NCBI GenBank assembly: GCA_040776945.1
Contig: JAXGZN010000001.1
Location: 928,001 to 992,000 of the forward strand
DNA length: 64,000 bases
Direction: 5' to 3'
From: Methanomassiliicoccaceae archaeon
Lineage (GTDB): Archaea > Thermoplasmatota > Thermoplasmata > Methanomassiliicoccales > Methanomassiliicoccaceae
This document shows positions 28,085 to 37,164 of this stretch, one piece after another; within the stretch, counting starts at the first letter, position 1, and each line of letters begins with the position of its first letter. Position numbers and translations under genes: made by a program. The notes under the pieces are model-generated. The model was not told where the DNA came from. It saw only the letters and a list, made by a program, of their open reading frames with translations, and made no database searches.

Positions 28085-28441
28085 ATGCCCCGCGTGGTAT
28101 TGGACACCAACGCTCTTCTCCTTCCGTTCGAGCGATCGATCAACATCGACGCTCAGCTCCGCTCCCTTTTAGGCGAATGTCAGGTTTTCGTGCCCGGGCC
28201 CATTGTGGGCGAGCTGAAACGCTCCACGAGCAAGCACGCCCCGGCTGCACTGCGGCTATTATCAAGGTACACCATCGAGGACACTAAGGCATCAGGGGAC
28301 AGAGCGGTCATCGAGCTCGCCGAGCGGCTGGACGCGTATGTGGTAACCAACGACCGCGCGCTAATAGGGAAGCTTCGGCAGAGAAGGATAAAAGTTATCG
28401 CGATGAGGGGAGGCAGCCACCTCGCCCTCGATGATGGTTAG
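28085..28441 (+). CDS. PIN-domain protein (Utp24/Fcf1-like, eif2g-linked)
   Basis: VVLDTN, VGEL, GDRAV, VVTND; usual position downstream of eif2g. Confidence 0.88.
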   Translation: MPRVVLDTNALLLPFERSINIDAQLRSLLGECQVFVPGPIVGELKRSTSKHAPAALRLLSRYTIEDTKASGDRAVIELAERLDAYVVTNDRALIGKLRQRRIKVIAMRGGSHLALDDG

Positions 28442-29256
28442 ATAAGCGGACGGGGCGGGTCCTCAGGCGATGTGACATTGGGATGCTTGATCTGCTCCAG
28501 CCTGGTCTTCAGGAGGGACTCTCCCCACAGCGAGGCGGCATAGATCGGGACCTTATTGCCGACCTGGAACAATGCGCGCTGCTTGGCCTCGGCCCATACC
28601 GCGCTGGACGCGCAGGCGGTGACGATGTCGCAGGTGTTGAAGAACTCCTCCGCCTCCTCCTTAGTGCGGCCAGAAGTGTGCACCGCGAAAATGCCGACCC
28701 TCTGCCCGAACTCGTCCCTGATCCTCCTTGCGTCCGAGGCCTTCGCCACGCTCACGCCCACCCGTTTGAACCCTCGGACGAAGGCCAGCATGGTGCCGGC
28801 GAACTGGTCGATCCTTGCGCTCTTGGCATCGAGCACCATGTCCCGGCCGATGGCCTCGATGACCTCGGGTATGGGCGTGGTCTCCACGATGCCGGAAACC
28901 CTGCCGCCGATCCCCTGGATGACCTCCGGGTCCGATACCACGGCAGTGCCGGCGCCCTCGCACACCACCACCGCCGCGTCCAGCATGCCCTTGGAGACGG
29001 CCATGCCCAGCAGCTCGGACACTCCGAAGCTCAGGTAGTCCCTCATGCGCATCTTGCGGTGGGGAGTGCACATGCCGAAGTCCCGGATGCGGAACTCGAT
29101 GTTCTCCCTTACCGCCTCGGGAGTGATGATCTGGATGTTCCTGACCTTGGCGAAGAGGGGACAGTACTCTATCTCCGGCATACCCACCTCCACGACCTTT
29201 CCGTCCTTGATCACCACCCTGGTCCTACCCAGGGCTTCGATGACATGCCTGTCCAT
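28438..29256 (-). CDS. DUF2099 / methanogenesis marker 8 protein
   Basis: HVIEALG, YCPLF, NIEFRI.DFGMCT, VCEGAGT, QGIGGRVSG, VHTSG, CAS. Confidence 0.85.
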   Translation of the reverse strand: MDRHVIEALGRTRVVIKDGKVVEVGMPEIEYCPLFAKVRNIQIITPEAVRENIEFRIRDFGMCTPHRKMRMRDYLSFGVSELLGMAVSKGMLDAAVVVCEGAGTAVVSDPEVIQGIGGRVSGIVETTPIPEVIEAIGRDMVLDAKSARIDQFAGTMLAFVRGFKRVGVSVAKASDARRIRDEFGQRVGIFAVHTSGRTKEEAEEFFNTCDIVTACASSAVWAEAKQRALFQVGNKVPIYAASLWGESLLKTRLEQIKHPNVTSPEDPPRPLI

Positions 29257-29333
29257 GATGCTCCCTTCCGGTCGGTCCTGGCAGACGCGTCAAAGTATAA
29301 ATATGCTGTCCGGAATAGAACGTGTAAGAAATG

Positions 29334-29347
29334 CTGGTAGCTACCAG
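29334..29347. promoter_or_regulatory. Perfect 14-bp palindrome upstream of HTH-riboflavin kinase
   Basis: CTGGTAGCTACCAG between TATA-like GTATAAATA (about 29295) and the ATG at 29367. Confidence 0.4.
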
Positions 29348-29366
29348 TTCTCTAGGGAGCAGACCT

Positions 29367-30026
29367 ATGAACGAGAAGTTCGCCATAGCGTTGAAGCAGA
29401 TAGCCCTCCTGGGTGGGATCAACGACCATATCGCCATATCCTCAAGGGAGCTGGGGGACCGGCTGCGCATAAGCCAGCAATCAGCGTCCAAGCGCATCTT
29501 GGAGCTGCTGGAGGAAGGCTACATCCAGAGGGACCTGGGCGCGAGGAAGCAGCGCATCCGGATCACCAAGAAAGGCCTGGATGCGCTGCGGGCCGAGTAC
29601 CTAGAATATCAGAGGATATTCGAGCAGAGGGACCATCTGCTGATCCGGGGGGCCGTCTCCACCGGTATGGGCGAGGGGCAGTATTACGTCACCCAGCCTG
29701 GGTACCAGGAGCAGTTCAGGGACAAGCTGGGTTTTGTCCCCTTCGAGGGCACGCTGAACCTGAAGATGAGCCCACCCGACGTCGGCAAGCTGGACATCCT
29801 CAGGAAGAGCGAGGGCGTGGTGATCGACGGTTTCCAGCGCAATGGGCGGACGTTCGGCGACGTAAGGTGTTTCCCCGCCACCATCCAGAACATCGAGTGC
29901 GCCGTGATCCTGCCGTCCCGCTCGCATTACAGCGACATCATGGAGGTTCTCTGCAAGTACAACCTGCGGAGGACGCTGGGACTGGCGGACGGTGATATCG
30001 TGGAGATCCGCATCAGGGTAGAGTGA
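29367..30026 (+). CDS. ribK: CTP-dependent riboflavin kinase with N-terminal wHTH (RbkR-type)
   Basis: ISSRELG..ISQQSASK HTH; GMGEGQYY, LGFVPFEGTLN, NLRRTLGL. Confidence 0.92.
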   Translation: MNEKFAIALKQIALLGGINDHIAISSRELGDRLRISQQSASKRILELLEEGYIQRDLGARKQRIRITKKGLDALRAEYLEYQRIFEQRDHLLIRGAVSTGMGEGQYYVTQPGYQEQFRDKLGFVPFEGTLNLKMSPPDVGKLDILRKSEGVVIDGFQRNGRTFGDVRCFPATIQNIECAVILPSRSHYSDIMEVLCKYNLRRTLGLADGDIVEIRIRVE

Positions 30027-30863
30027 TCAAAACCGCTTGCTCACGTGGTCCAGCACCGAGCGGAAGATCACCTGGCCATCCCCTCGTTCGTCCGGCCTGC
30101 CGCCCGTTCTCGTCCAATCGGGGTGCTGGTACCGGAACATCGCCCTCTCTGGATGAGGCATTAGGCCCATGACGTTGCCCTCTGGATTGCATATGCCCGC
30201 CAGATTGCTGACCGCTCCGTTGGGGCACCACGGGTAATCGCCATGATCCCCTTCCGGGGTCACATAGCGGAACACCACCTGGTCGTTGTCCTCCAGTCTC
30301 TGGACGAACTCTTGCTCGCGCTCGGCAGGGAAGCGGAGGTTCCCCTCGGCGTGGGCGCTGGGAAACATCACCACCTCTCCCCGGGGAAGGAGCGAGGTGA
30401 AAGCGCACCGCCCGTGGTTCTCATGCTTCAAGAAGGTGGGGCGGCACTCGAAGCGCCCTGACACGTTGGTGTACAGGGCGGCCTGTGGCTCCTCGCTCAT
30501 GACCTCGTCGAAGGAAGGGAGCACTCCCAGCTCCACTAGGATCTGGAAGCCGTTGCAGACACCGAGCACCGGGCGTCCGGAGGAGATGAAGTTCTCCAGA
30601 CCGGCCGCAAGATGGCTCTTTATGCGGGCGGCAAATATCGCCCCCGCTCGAACGTAGTCCCCGGCGGAGAAGCCTCCGGGGAGCATGAGCACATGGTAGT
30701 CGTCCAGGTCCCGCCGCAGCTCTTCCGGGCCTCTTCCGATCAGCTGCTTAAGGTGTACCTTCTCCGGCGAGGCCCCCAGGGTCTTGAAGGCCTCGTACGC
30801 CTCCTGCTCGCAGTTCGTCCCCTCAATGCGGAGAACACAGACCTTGATCTCATCGACATCCAT
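30027..30863 (-). CDS. purQ: FGAM synthase glutaminase subunit
   Basis: GTNC, PGGFSAGD, GVCNGFQ, AHAEG, MPHPER. Confidence 0.96.
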   Translation of the reverse strand: MDVDEIKVCVLRIEGTNCEQEAYEAFKTLGASPEKVHLKQLIGRGPEELRRDLDDYHVLMLPGGFSAGDYVRAGAIFAARIKSHLAAGLENFISSGRPVLGVCNGFQILVELGVLPSFDEVMSEEPQAALYTNVSGRFECRPTFLKHENHGRCAFTSLLPRGEVVMFPSAHAEGNLRFPAEREQEFVQRLEDNDQVVFRYVTPEGDHGDYPWCPNGAVSNLAGICNPEGNVMGLMPHPERAMFRYQHPDWTRTGGRPDERGDGQVIFRSVLDHVSKRF

Positions 30864-30867
30864 AATA

Positions 30868-33195
30868 TCACCCCAGGAGCCGCCACAGCGGCTCGGACCA
30901 AGCCTTCCTCATAGCCGGGACCTTAAGGTCAACGATGGTCTTGCGGCCATCCTTGATGGTCATCCTGCCTCTCCCCACGATGCCGATCTGGATGGCATGT
31001 CCGCCGGCGATGGATTCGAACTCGCCGCGCCTCGCGACGTCCACCTCGACGATGAACCTCGAGGCGCTCTCCGAGAACAACTTCGCCTCTGCGGGCAGGT
31101 CTCCCATTCCTGAGAGGTCGCCCTCAAAGCCCAGGTCCCCGCCCAGGCACATCTCCGCCAGGGTGACCGCCAGGCCGCCGTCGGCACAGTCATGGCAGCT
31201 CCGTATTAGGCCCCTGGACATCGCTTCCAGGAGCATGTCGGAGCGGGCGGACAGCGCGGCGCTGTCGACCTCTGGCACGCGTCCGCCGCGCCCTCCATAG
31301 CGGCGGTAGAGCGCAGAGGCGCCCATCTCTTCCCGGGTCTCGCCGATGATGTATACAGGATCGCCCTCGACCTTGAGATCGGTGGTGACGCACCTGCGGA
31401 TATCGTCCACGATGCCTACTCCGAGCACCGTCGGGGTCGGCAGCGCCGGACCATTTGCTGTTTCATTGTAGAACGAGACGTTGCCGGACGGCACGGCGAG
31501 ATTCAGGTCCCTTGCCATCTCGCCTATCCCGCGCACAGCCTCCTTGAACTCGAACAGACGCTCGGGCTTCTCCGGGTTGCCGAAGTTCAGACAGTCGGTT
31601 AGCGCGTGCGGCCTGCCTCCGGCGGACACGATGTTGCGGCAAGCCTCGTCCACCGAATTGCGCCCGCCGTTGAACGGATCTAGCGCGGTGAACCACGGGT
31701 TGACGCCCACCGCGATGGCCAGACCGCGGAACGATCCAGGCAGCGGCTTGAGCACCGTAGCATCCGCGGGACCGCGGTATCCGGGCTTTCCCTGCAGAGG
31801 CTTGATGATGGTCGAAGCGCGCACCTCGTGATCGTACTGTGATATCACCCAGTCCTTGCACGCGATATTGGGGTCGGCGAGCGTGGATAGGACCACGGAG
31901 TTCAGTCCGTCCGGCAGTTGAGGTGCCCGATGCTCCTCCCTCGGGCCGCTGGAGGCCGCGATCGGCCGGCAGTACTCCGGCCCTCTCGTCAGGAACTCCA
32001 GGTCCAGGTCGAAGACCTGAACCCCTTGGAACATGAGCTTGACCCTCTTCTCCCTTACCACCTTCCCGATGACAGTGGCCGGGACGTCCCACAGGTCGAA
32101 GGTCTCCAGGATCTTCGGCACGTTGGCCTCCGGAGCGGCGAGCATCATGCGCTCCTGCGATTCCGACACCCATATCTCCCATGGGGCCAGTCCCGCCTCC
32201 TTGAGGGGCACCTTGTCCAACTGGACGACGGCGCCGCATCCTCCTGCCAGTGCTATCTCTCCCACCACGCAGGATAGTCCGCCCCCGCCCAGGTCCTTGA
32301 TGCCGCTCACGAGGCCTTGCTCATTGACCTCAAGGCAGGCGTGGATGGTCGGCTCCTTCGTGATGGGGTCTCCGAGCTGGACCGCGCCCCGGGACTCGTC
32401 CTCCGATCTAGAGGAGAGCTCAGCGGAAGCGAACGTCACACCATGGATGCCGTCCCTGCCAGTGCGCCCGCCGACCAGGATAAGCACGTCCCCGGTCCCC
32501 TTGACAGCGTTGTTCAGCAGCTTGTCCTTCCTCAGGAAGCCGACGCAGCCAACGTTGACCAGGCAGTTACCAGTGTAAGAGGGGTCGAAGAACACGCCTC
32601 CGGCCACCGTCGGTATTCCGATGCGATTGCCATAATCGCGGATCCCCGAGACCACGCCCCCCATCAGATACTTCGGTAGCTTGACGCCAGGAGGCACTTC
32701 CCTGAGATCGAGGGGGCCGAAGAACAGCGGATCGACGAGCGCGATGGGCTGGGCTCCCATGGCCAATACATCGCGGACGATCCCTCCGATGCCGGTGGCG
32801 GCGCCCCCGTAAGGCTCGATGGCAGATGGATGGTTATGGCTCTCGATCCTCAGGGCATAGGCGTGCTCTTCATCAAAGGCCATGACCCCGGCGTCGCCCT
32901 TCGACAAGATGTCAGGATGCTTGAGGCCGAAGATGTGTTCCCGAAGGAAGCGCTTCGAAGACTTGTAGCAACAATGCTCGCTCCATGCCTGAGCTATGGA
33001 TTCCAGCTCGACGTCGGTAGGCAGGCGCCCCTCTTTCTTAAAATAGGCCTTGACCGCCTCCAGCTCTTCCAGGCTGAGGTTTAGGCCCATGGTCCTGGAC
33101 ATCTCCATCAGCTGTTGGGGGGACGCGGAGAACAGATCGATATCATACAGGGAGAAGGGTACCGGCCTCTTCCGGGAAAGCTCCTTGGCGGACAT
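30868..33195 (-). CDS. purL: FGAM synthase subunit PurL
   Basis: WSEHCCYK, ESHNHPS, DLGGGGL, SESQERM, QYDHEV, DCLNFGNP, GNVSFYN. Confidence 0.97.
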   Translation of the reverse strand: MSAKELSRKRPVPFSLYDIDLFSASPQQLMEMSRTMGLNLSLEELEAVKAYFKKEGRLPTDVELESIAQAWSEHCCYKSSKRFLREHIFGLKHPDILSKGDAGVMAFDEEHAYALRIESHNHPSAIEPYGGAATGIGGIVRDVLAMGAQPIALVDPLFFGPLDLREVPPGVKLPKYLMGGVVSGIRDYGNRIGIPTVAGGVFFDPSYTGNCLVNVGCVGFLRKDKLLNNAVKGTGDVLILVGGRTGRDGIHGVTFASAELSSRSEDESRGAVQLGDPITKEPTIHACLEVNEQGLVSGIKDLGGGGLSCVVGEIALAGGCGAVVQLDKVPLKEAGLAPWEIWVSESQERMMLAAPEANVPKILETFDLWDVPATVIGKVVREKRVKLMFQGVQVFDLDLEFLTRGPEYCRPIAASSGPREEHRAPQLPDGLNSVVLSTLADPNIACKDWVISQYDHEVRASTIIKPLQGKPGYRGPADATVLKPLPGSFRGLAIAVGVNPWFTALDPFNGGRNSVDEACRNIVSAGGRPHALTDCLNFGNPEKPERLFEFKEAVRGIGEMARDLNLAVPSGNVSFYNETANGPALPTPTVLGVGIVDDIRRCVTTDLKVEGDPVYIIGETREEMGASALYRRYGGRGGRVPEVDSAALSARSDMLLEAMSRGLIRSCHDCADGGLAVTLAEMCLGGDLGFEGDLSGMGDLPAEAKLFSESASRFIVEVDVARRGEFESIAGGHAIQIGIVGRGRMTIKDGRKTIVDLKVPAMRKAWSEPLWRLLG

Positions 33196-33203
33196 GCTCT
33201 CCC

Positions 33204-33455
33204 TCACTTCAGCTCGACGGTGTACGTTTGGATGACCGGATTGGCCAGGAGCTTGCGGCACATCTCTTCGCAGGCCGCTCGGGCCTCCTCCGCGCCCATA
33301 TCGAGCTCCATCTCGAAGACCTTGATCGTCTTGACGCTCTTCACGCCCTTGAACCCAAGAAGCTCCAACGCCTTCCTGGTGTTCTCACCCTCGGGGTCGG
33401 CGACCCCGTGCTTCAGCACAATGCGGATCTCGGCCTTCACCACGGTCAGCACCAC
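33204..33455 (-). CDS. purS: FGAM synthase subunit PurS
   Basis: LKHGVADPEG, MCRKLLANPVIQ. Confidence 0.95.
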   Translation of the reverse strand: MVLTVVKAEIRIVLKHGVADPEGENTRKALELLGFKGVKSVKTIKVFEMELDMGAEEARAACEEMCRKLLANPVIQTYTVELK

Positions 33456-33521
33456 GTCTGAAATGGCCTCGGATACTTAACAGTTTATCTGGCGGGCCCA
33501 TCGGGCCCGCCGTAATGTCCC

Positions 33522-34616
33522 TTAGTCCCCGGCGGTGATGACGAGCGGCCAGCTCATAAGAGCGATCAGCGTTGTGTCCCGTTCCGAGGCGGTGCACGAG
33601 GCCATGGGGTTCTGGACCGCGGCGTTCAGGGGAAGCAGCATCTAGGGCTCCGGGCTCAGGGAAACGTCCACATTGTTCTGGACGACGCATCTCAAGTTGT
33701 CCATTTTGCCGAAGAAGTAAGCCTTGTACCCGGCGATCTCCTCGGCGGTGGCCGCTCCGAGGGCGATATAATCCATGGCGCCCGGCGCGGTGACGTCCAC
33801 CGCCACCCATCCGTAATTGGGCAGGTAGAACTCGGACCAGAAGTGGGTCCCGGTACCTCCGGCGAACATCTGGTACCCGCCGCAGCTTCGGACCGGAACG
33901 CCCAGGGAGCGCAGCAGCGCGCAGCAGTACATCGACTGTGCGCCGCAGTCGCCGTAGCGGTGCCCATGAACATACGCCGATTCTGGAACGTCCATGGAGG
34001 ACAGAGAGATGTGTGGCATGAAGCTGTAGGCTATGTTCTCGATCACGTAGTAATAGAGAAGCTTGGCCTGCAGGTATGGGTCGGTCTCCACGCCGACGAC
34101 CTTCTTGGTCTTGACGGCGACATCCGAGAATATCAGGATGTTCCCGCCCGGTCCTTCCACTCATGATACAGCGTCATGTTGCGGTAGGCGATGTTGTTCG
34201 CAATGCTGATTAAGAACCGCCCTCTCCATCGTTTCGTATCCTCTCGATGTCAGGGGCGTCGAGCCAGGCGTTGCGATCATGTCCTGGATCCCATGGGAAG
34301 GTCCCGGCGAGCGGCTCCTCGGCCTCACGGCGATCGAGGCCGTACTCCAGGAGGACCCTATCAGCTTTGAACTTCCAGTTGAGCGCCTCGAGAGCGGATG
34401 CCCCATTGCCGGCGTCCAGATGCATGCGGTGGGGCGGGTGAAGTAATCCGAAGACGCGCCGGAGTTGGAACTGCGGAACTCATTGATGCCCTCAAGGAAC
34501 TGGAGGTCTGGTGATGATCGAGCCGTTTTTTCAAAGAGGATGAGCGAGGTAGGCGTCACCATCATCGCCGCCAGGGCGATGGAGGCGATCGCCTGATCTG
34601 CGGAGAGCTCGGACAT
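33522..34616 (-). pseudogene. Transglutaminase-like (Cys-His-Asp) exported protein pseudogene
   Basis: Segments in different frames: signal-like N-terminus; LLEYGLDRREAE..AWLDAPDIERI; SIANNIAYRNMTLYHEW; then YGDCGAQS, THFWSEFYLPNYGWVAVDVT; in-frame TAG at 33642-33644 followed by 39 more codons. Confidence 0.7.
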
Positions 34617-34811
34617 GCCGAAAATATTATGGGCCGACTATGAAGGTTCGAGCATGACCATCACGCGATTTCCGTTCGTGAAGGGTCGGCCAGAGCGCCT
34701 CGGTGCTGCTTGAGCCTCGATGCCCGAGGTCCCGTCAAGGGAACCGGTCCGTGAACATAGGTCGCCATGAAGGTGTCGCGCCCTATGGACGCCTGGACCG
34801 CCGGCGGGACG

Positions 34812-35462
34812 TCAAGGTCGCAGGCCGTACAGAGGAATGGCCTGGGAGATCCCCTGAAGAACGAAGTTGATGGCGACAGCCGCTAGGAGCAGGCCCATGA
34901 TCCTGGAGAACGCCATCGCCCCTGAGCGCCCCATCATATTGAATATGCGGTCGGAGTGGACCAGCGCCTCATAGGATATGACCACCGTGAGCAATATCGC
35001 GATCGATATCACTGCCATTCGAACGATCGCCTCCGTGGTGATCAAGGCATCGGAGACCAGGATCATGACCGTGGTGATCGCGCCAGGCCCGGCGAACATA
35101 GGGATACCAAGGGGGACTATGCCCACCGAGTCCTTCTGCAGCGCCTCCTCGTGCTCCTCATCGGTGAGCTTGGTCTTCGACTTCTGGCCGTTGAGCATGG
35201 AGAACGCGATGCTGAACAACAGGATGCCCCCGGCGATGCGGAACGCTGGGATGGTGATGCCATAGAGCCCGAAGATCCACTGGCCGAACAGCGCGAAGAT
35301 GAAGAGCACGAGAGCGGTCACGATGCTGGTCTTGGCCGCGACACGTTTCTTGTCCTCTCGCGAATATCCTTCGGTCACCGCGTAGAAGAACGGGATGTTG
35401 CCTATCGGGTTGACGATGGCGAACACCGTAGCGAAGGCCGAGATCGCGAACTCCGGTTCCAC
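34812..35462 (-). CDS. MarC family membrane protein
   Basis: IVNPIGNIP, FRIAGGILL, VPLGIPMFAGPG, RIMGLLLAA. Confidence 0.92.
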   Translation of the reverse strand: MEPEFAISAFATVFAIVNPIGNIPFFYAVTEGYSREDKKRVAAKTSIVTALVLFIFALFGQWIFGLYGITIPAFRIAGGILLFSIAFSMLNGQKSKTKLTDEEHEEALQKDSVGIVPLGIPMFAGPGAITTVMILVSDALITTEAIVRMAVISIAILLTVVISYEALVHSDRIFNMMGRSGAMAFSRIMGLLLAAVAINFVLQGISQAIPLYGLRP

Positions 35463-35507
35463 GAGCCACCGAGGGGCATGTGAATATATAATTGCGAGGG
35501 ACGGACA

Positions 35508-36272
35508 TCAATCCCTTGACGGCCGGCGGGCGAACACCAGGTATCCAGTATGGGCGAGGTTCTCGTACGACGGCCGCACCCCTCCCGGATGGACCTCCAT
35601 GGAGCGCTGGATGTTCTCCAGCGCCACGACCTCCAGATAGCCGCGGTCGCGGAGCCCGCACACCAGCCCCTCGACCTGGTTGGCGTTCGGCACGAACCCT
35701 GCGAAGTGGCCCCCCGGGCGGAGAAAGCGGTCGACGTTGTCCAGGGCCTGCCATGGGTCCGGCATGTCCAGGGCCACAGCGTCTACGGCCATGCCGAGCT
35801 CGATGCCCTTTACATCGCCGACGCGAAGGTCCCAATACGGCGATAGGCCGGCACGTTCCACGTTCCTCCTGGCCCGTTGGGCGAAATCATCGCGGACCTC
35901 CACCGAGACAACCTTCCCCGAAGGCATGACCGCGTTCAAGAGGGCCATGGTCAGCCCCGCCGATCCGACCCCTGCCTCCAGGACGACATCGCCGGACCTC
36001 AGGCCAAGGTTGAACACGATGGTCGCGGCGTCCTTGGGAGTGATGATCTGCGGTCCTCGTTCAAGGGACGCCATCAGCTGGGCCACGGTAGCGGTCAGCG
36101 CGCGGAAGTCCTTTCCTGCGAGCTTGATGAGCGAGCCGTCCTCGCGTCCGATGATCTTGGTGCCGTCCACCACACCCAGGCCCGGTACCTTGATCATCTC
36201 CTTCCGGAGCTGGATCCAATAGCGTCGGTCCCTGTCGTCTAGCAGGTAGATGAGGTCGCCCTCGGAGAGCAT
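35508..36272 (-). CDS. trmI: tRNA (adenine-N1)-methyltransferase
   Basis: RGPQIITPKD, VLEAGVGSAGL, LDMPDPW, HTGYL. Confidence 0.92.
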   Translation of the reverse strand: MLSEGDLIYLLDDRDRRYWIQLRKEMIKVPGLGVVDGTKIIGREDGSLIKLAGKDFRALTATVAQLMASLERGPQIITPKDAATIVFNLGLRSGDVVLEAGVGSAGLTMALLNAVMPSGKVVSVEVRDDFAQRARRNVERAGLSPYWDLRVGDVKGIELGMAVDAVALDMPDPWQALDNVDRFLRPGGHFAGFVPNANQVEGLVCGLRDRGYLEVVALENIQRSMEVHPGGVRPSYENLAHTGYLVFARRPSRD

Positions 36273-36438
36273 GACGCTGCAAGTGGAGCAATGGACAAAA
36301 GGTTATCGCCGGCGGCGTCCTCATCATGAACGACCAACGCCCTTAGGCCTCCTAACGGGAACGCCGGGACGCTGTCAGACCTCGCCAGTGCCTGCAGCTC
36401 GGAAAGGATTTTATAGAGTTACACCAATGGCCGCTCAC

Positions 36439-36645
36439 ATGGCAGAGGTCGCTTTCCCTGAGAAGGCCCAGAAGGTCCTATCCATCCTCCTCATCATCGG
36501 AGCGGTGGCCGTATACTTCGGATGGGCGATCGCCTTCGGAGGATGGAACCTTTTCGAGCGCCGTTTCATCCCGGTATATGCCATAGTTTCGGTCATGCTG
36601 CTCTTCGGCGGACTTGGCCTTCTGCTTCTGAAGCACAGGGATTGA
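36439..36645 (+). CDS. Small two-TM membrane protein
   Basis: 68 aa with two hydrophobic helices; TTTATA about 25 nt upstream (leaderless). Confidence 0.7.
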   Translation: MAEVAFPEKAQKVLSILLIIGAVAVYFGWAIAFGGWNLFERRFIPVYAIVSVMLLFGGLGLLLLKHRD

Positions 36646-36690
36646 GCGGGAACCGATAACTAGAGGCCCGACAATCTAGGGGCCGATCCC

Positions 36691-37161
36691 ATGGAAGACC
36701 AGGAAGTAATGGCCAGATCTCTGGCCTTCGAGAAGTCTCTGAACTACCGCTTCAACGACCTCGACCTTTTGACCGGCGCTCTGGTCAGCAGCGGGTACCC
36801 CAACGAGAACAAGCTTTTCTTCCCAAAGTATCGCCACGCGGTACTGGCCAACCTAGGCGACACGATCATAGACGTGCTCGCGACCGAATTCCTGATCCGT
36901 GAAAAGCAGATGACGGACGCAGGCCAGATCACGATCCAGAGGAACAGGATGGTGAGCGGCCACAGCCTCAATGAGCTTGCCGCCCCTATACTGCAGTTCT
37001 TGGTCATGACCAGCGGGGAGAGGAACGAGCTGGAGAGCAGCAGCATTCCCGGAGAGGCGGTGGAGGCTCTCGTCGGCGCCCTTTATCTGGACGGCGGCCT
37101 GCCCGCCGCCAGGCGCCTTCTGGAGATGCTCGGGTTCTTCGAGAGGAGATATGAGGAGTGA
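36691..37161 (+). CDS. Ribonuclease III-like domain protein, no dsRBD, altered signature
   Basis: LNYRFNDLDLLTGAL, VLANLGDTII (cf. ERLEFLGD), AGQIT..R..MVS, GEAVEALVGALYLDGG. Confidence 0.82.
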   Translation: MEDQEVMARSLAFEKSLNYRFNDLDLLTGALVSSGYPNENKLFFPKYRHAVLANLGDTIIDVLATEFLIREKQMTDAGQITIQRNRMVSGHSLNELAAPILQFLVMTSGERNELESSSIPGEAVEALVGALYLDGGLPAARRLLEMLGFFERRYEE

Positions 37162-37164
37162 GGG

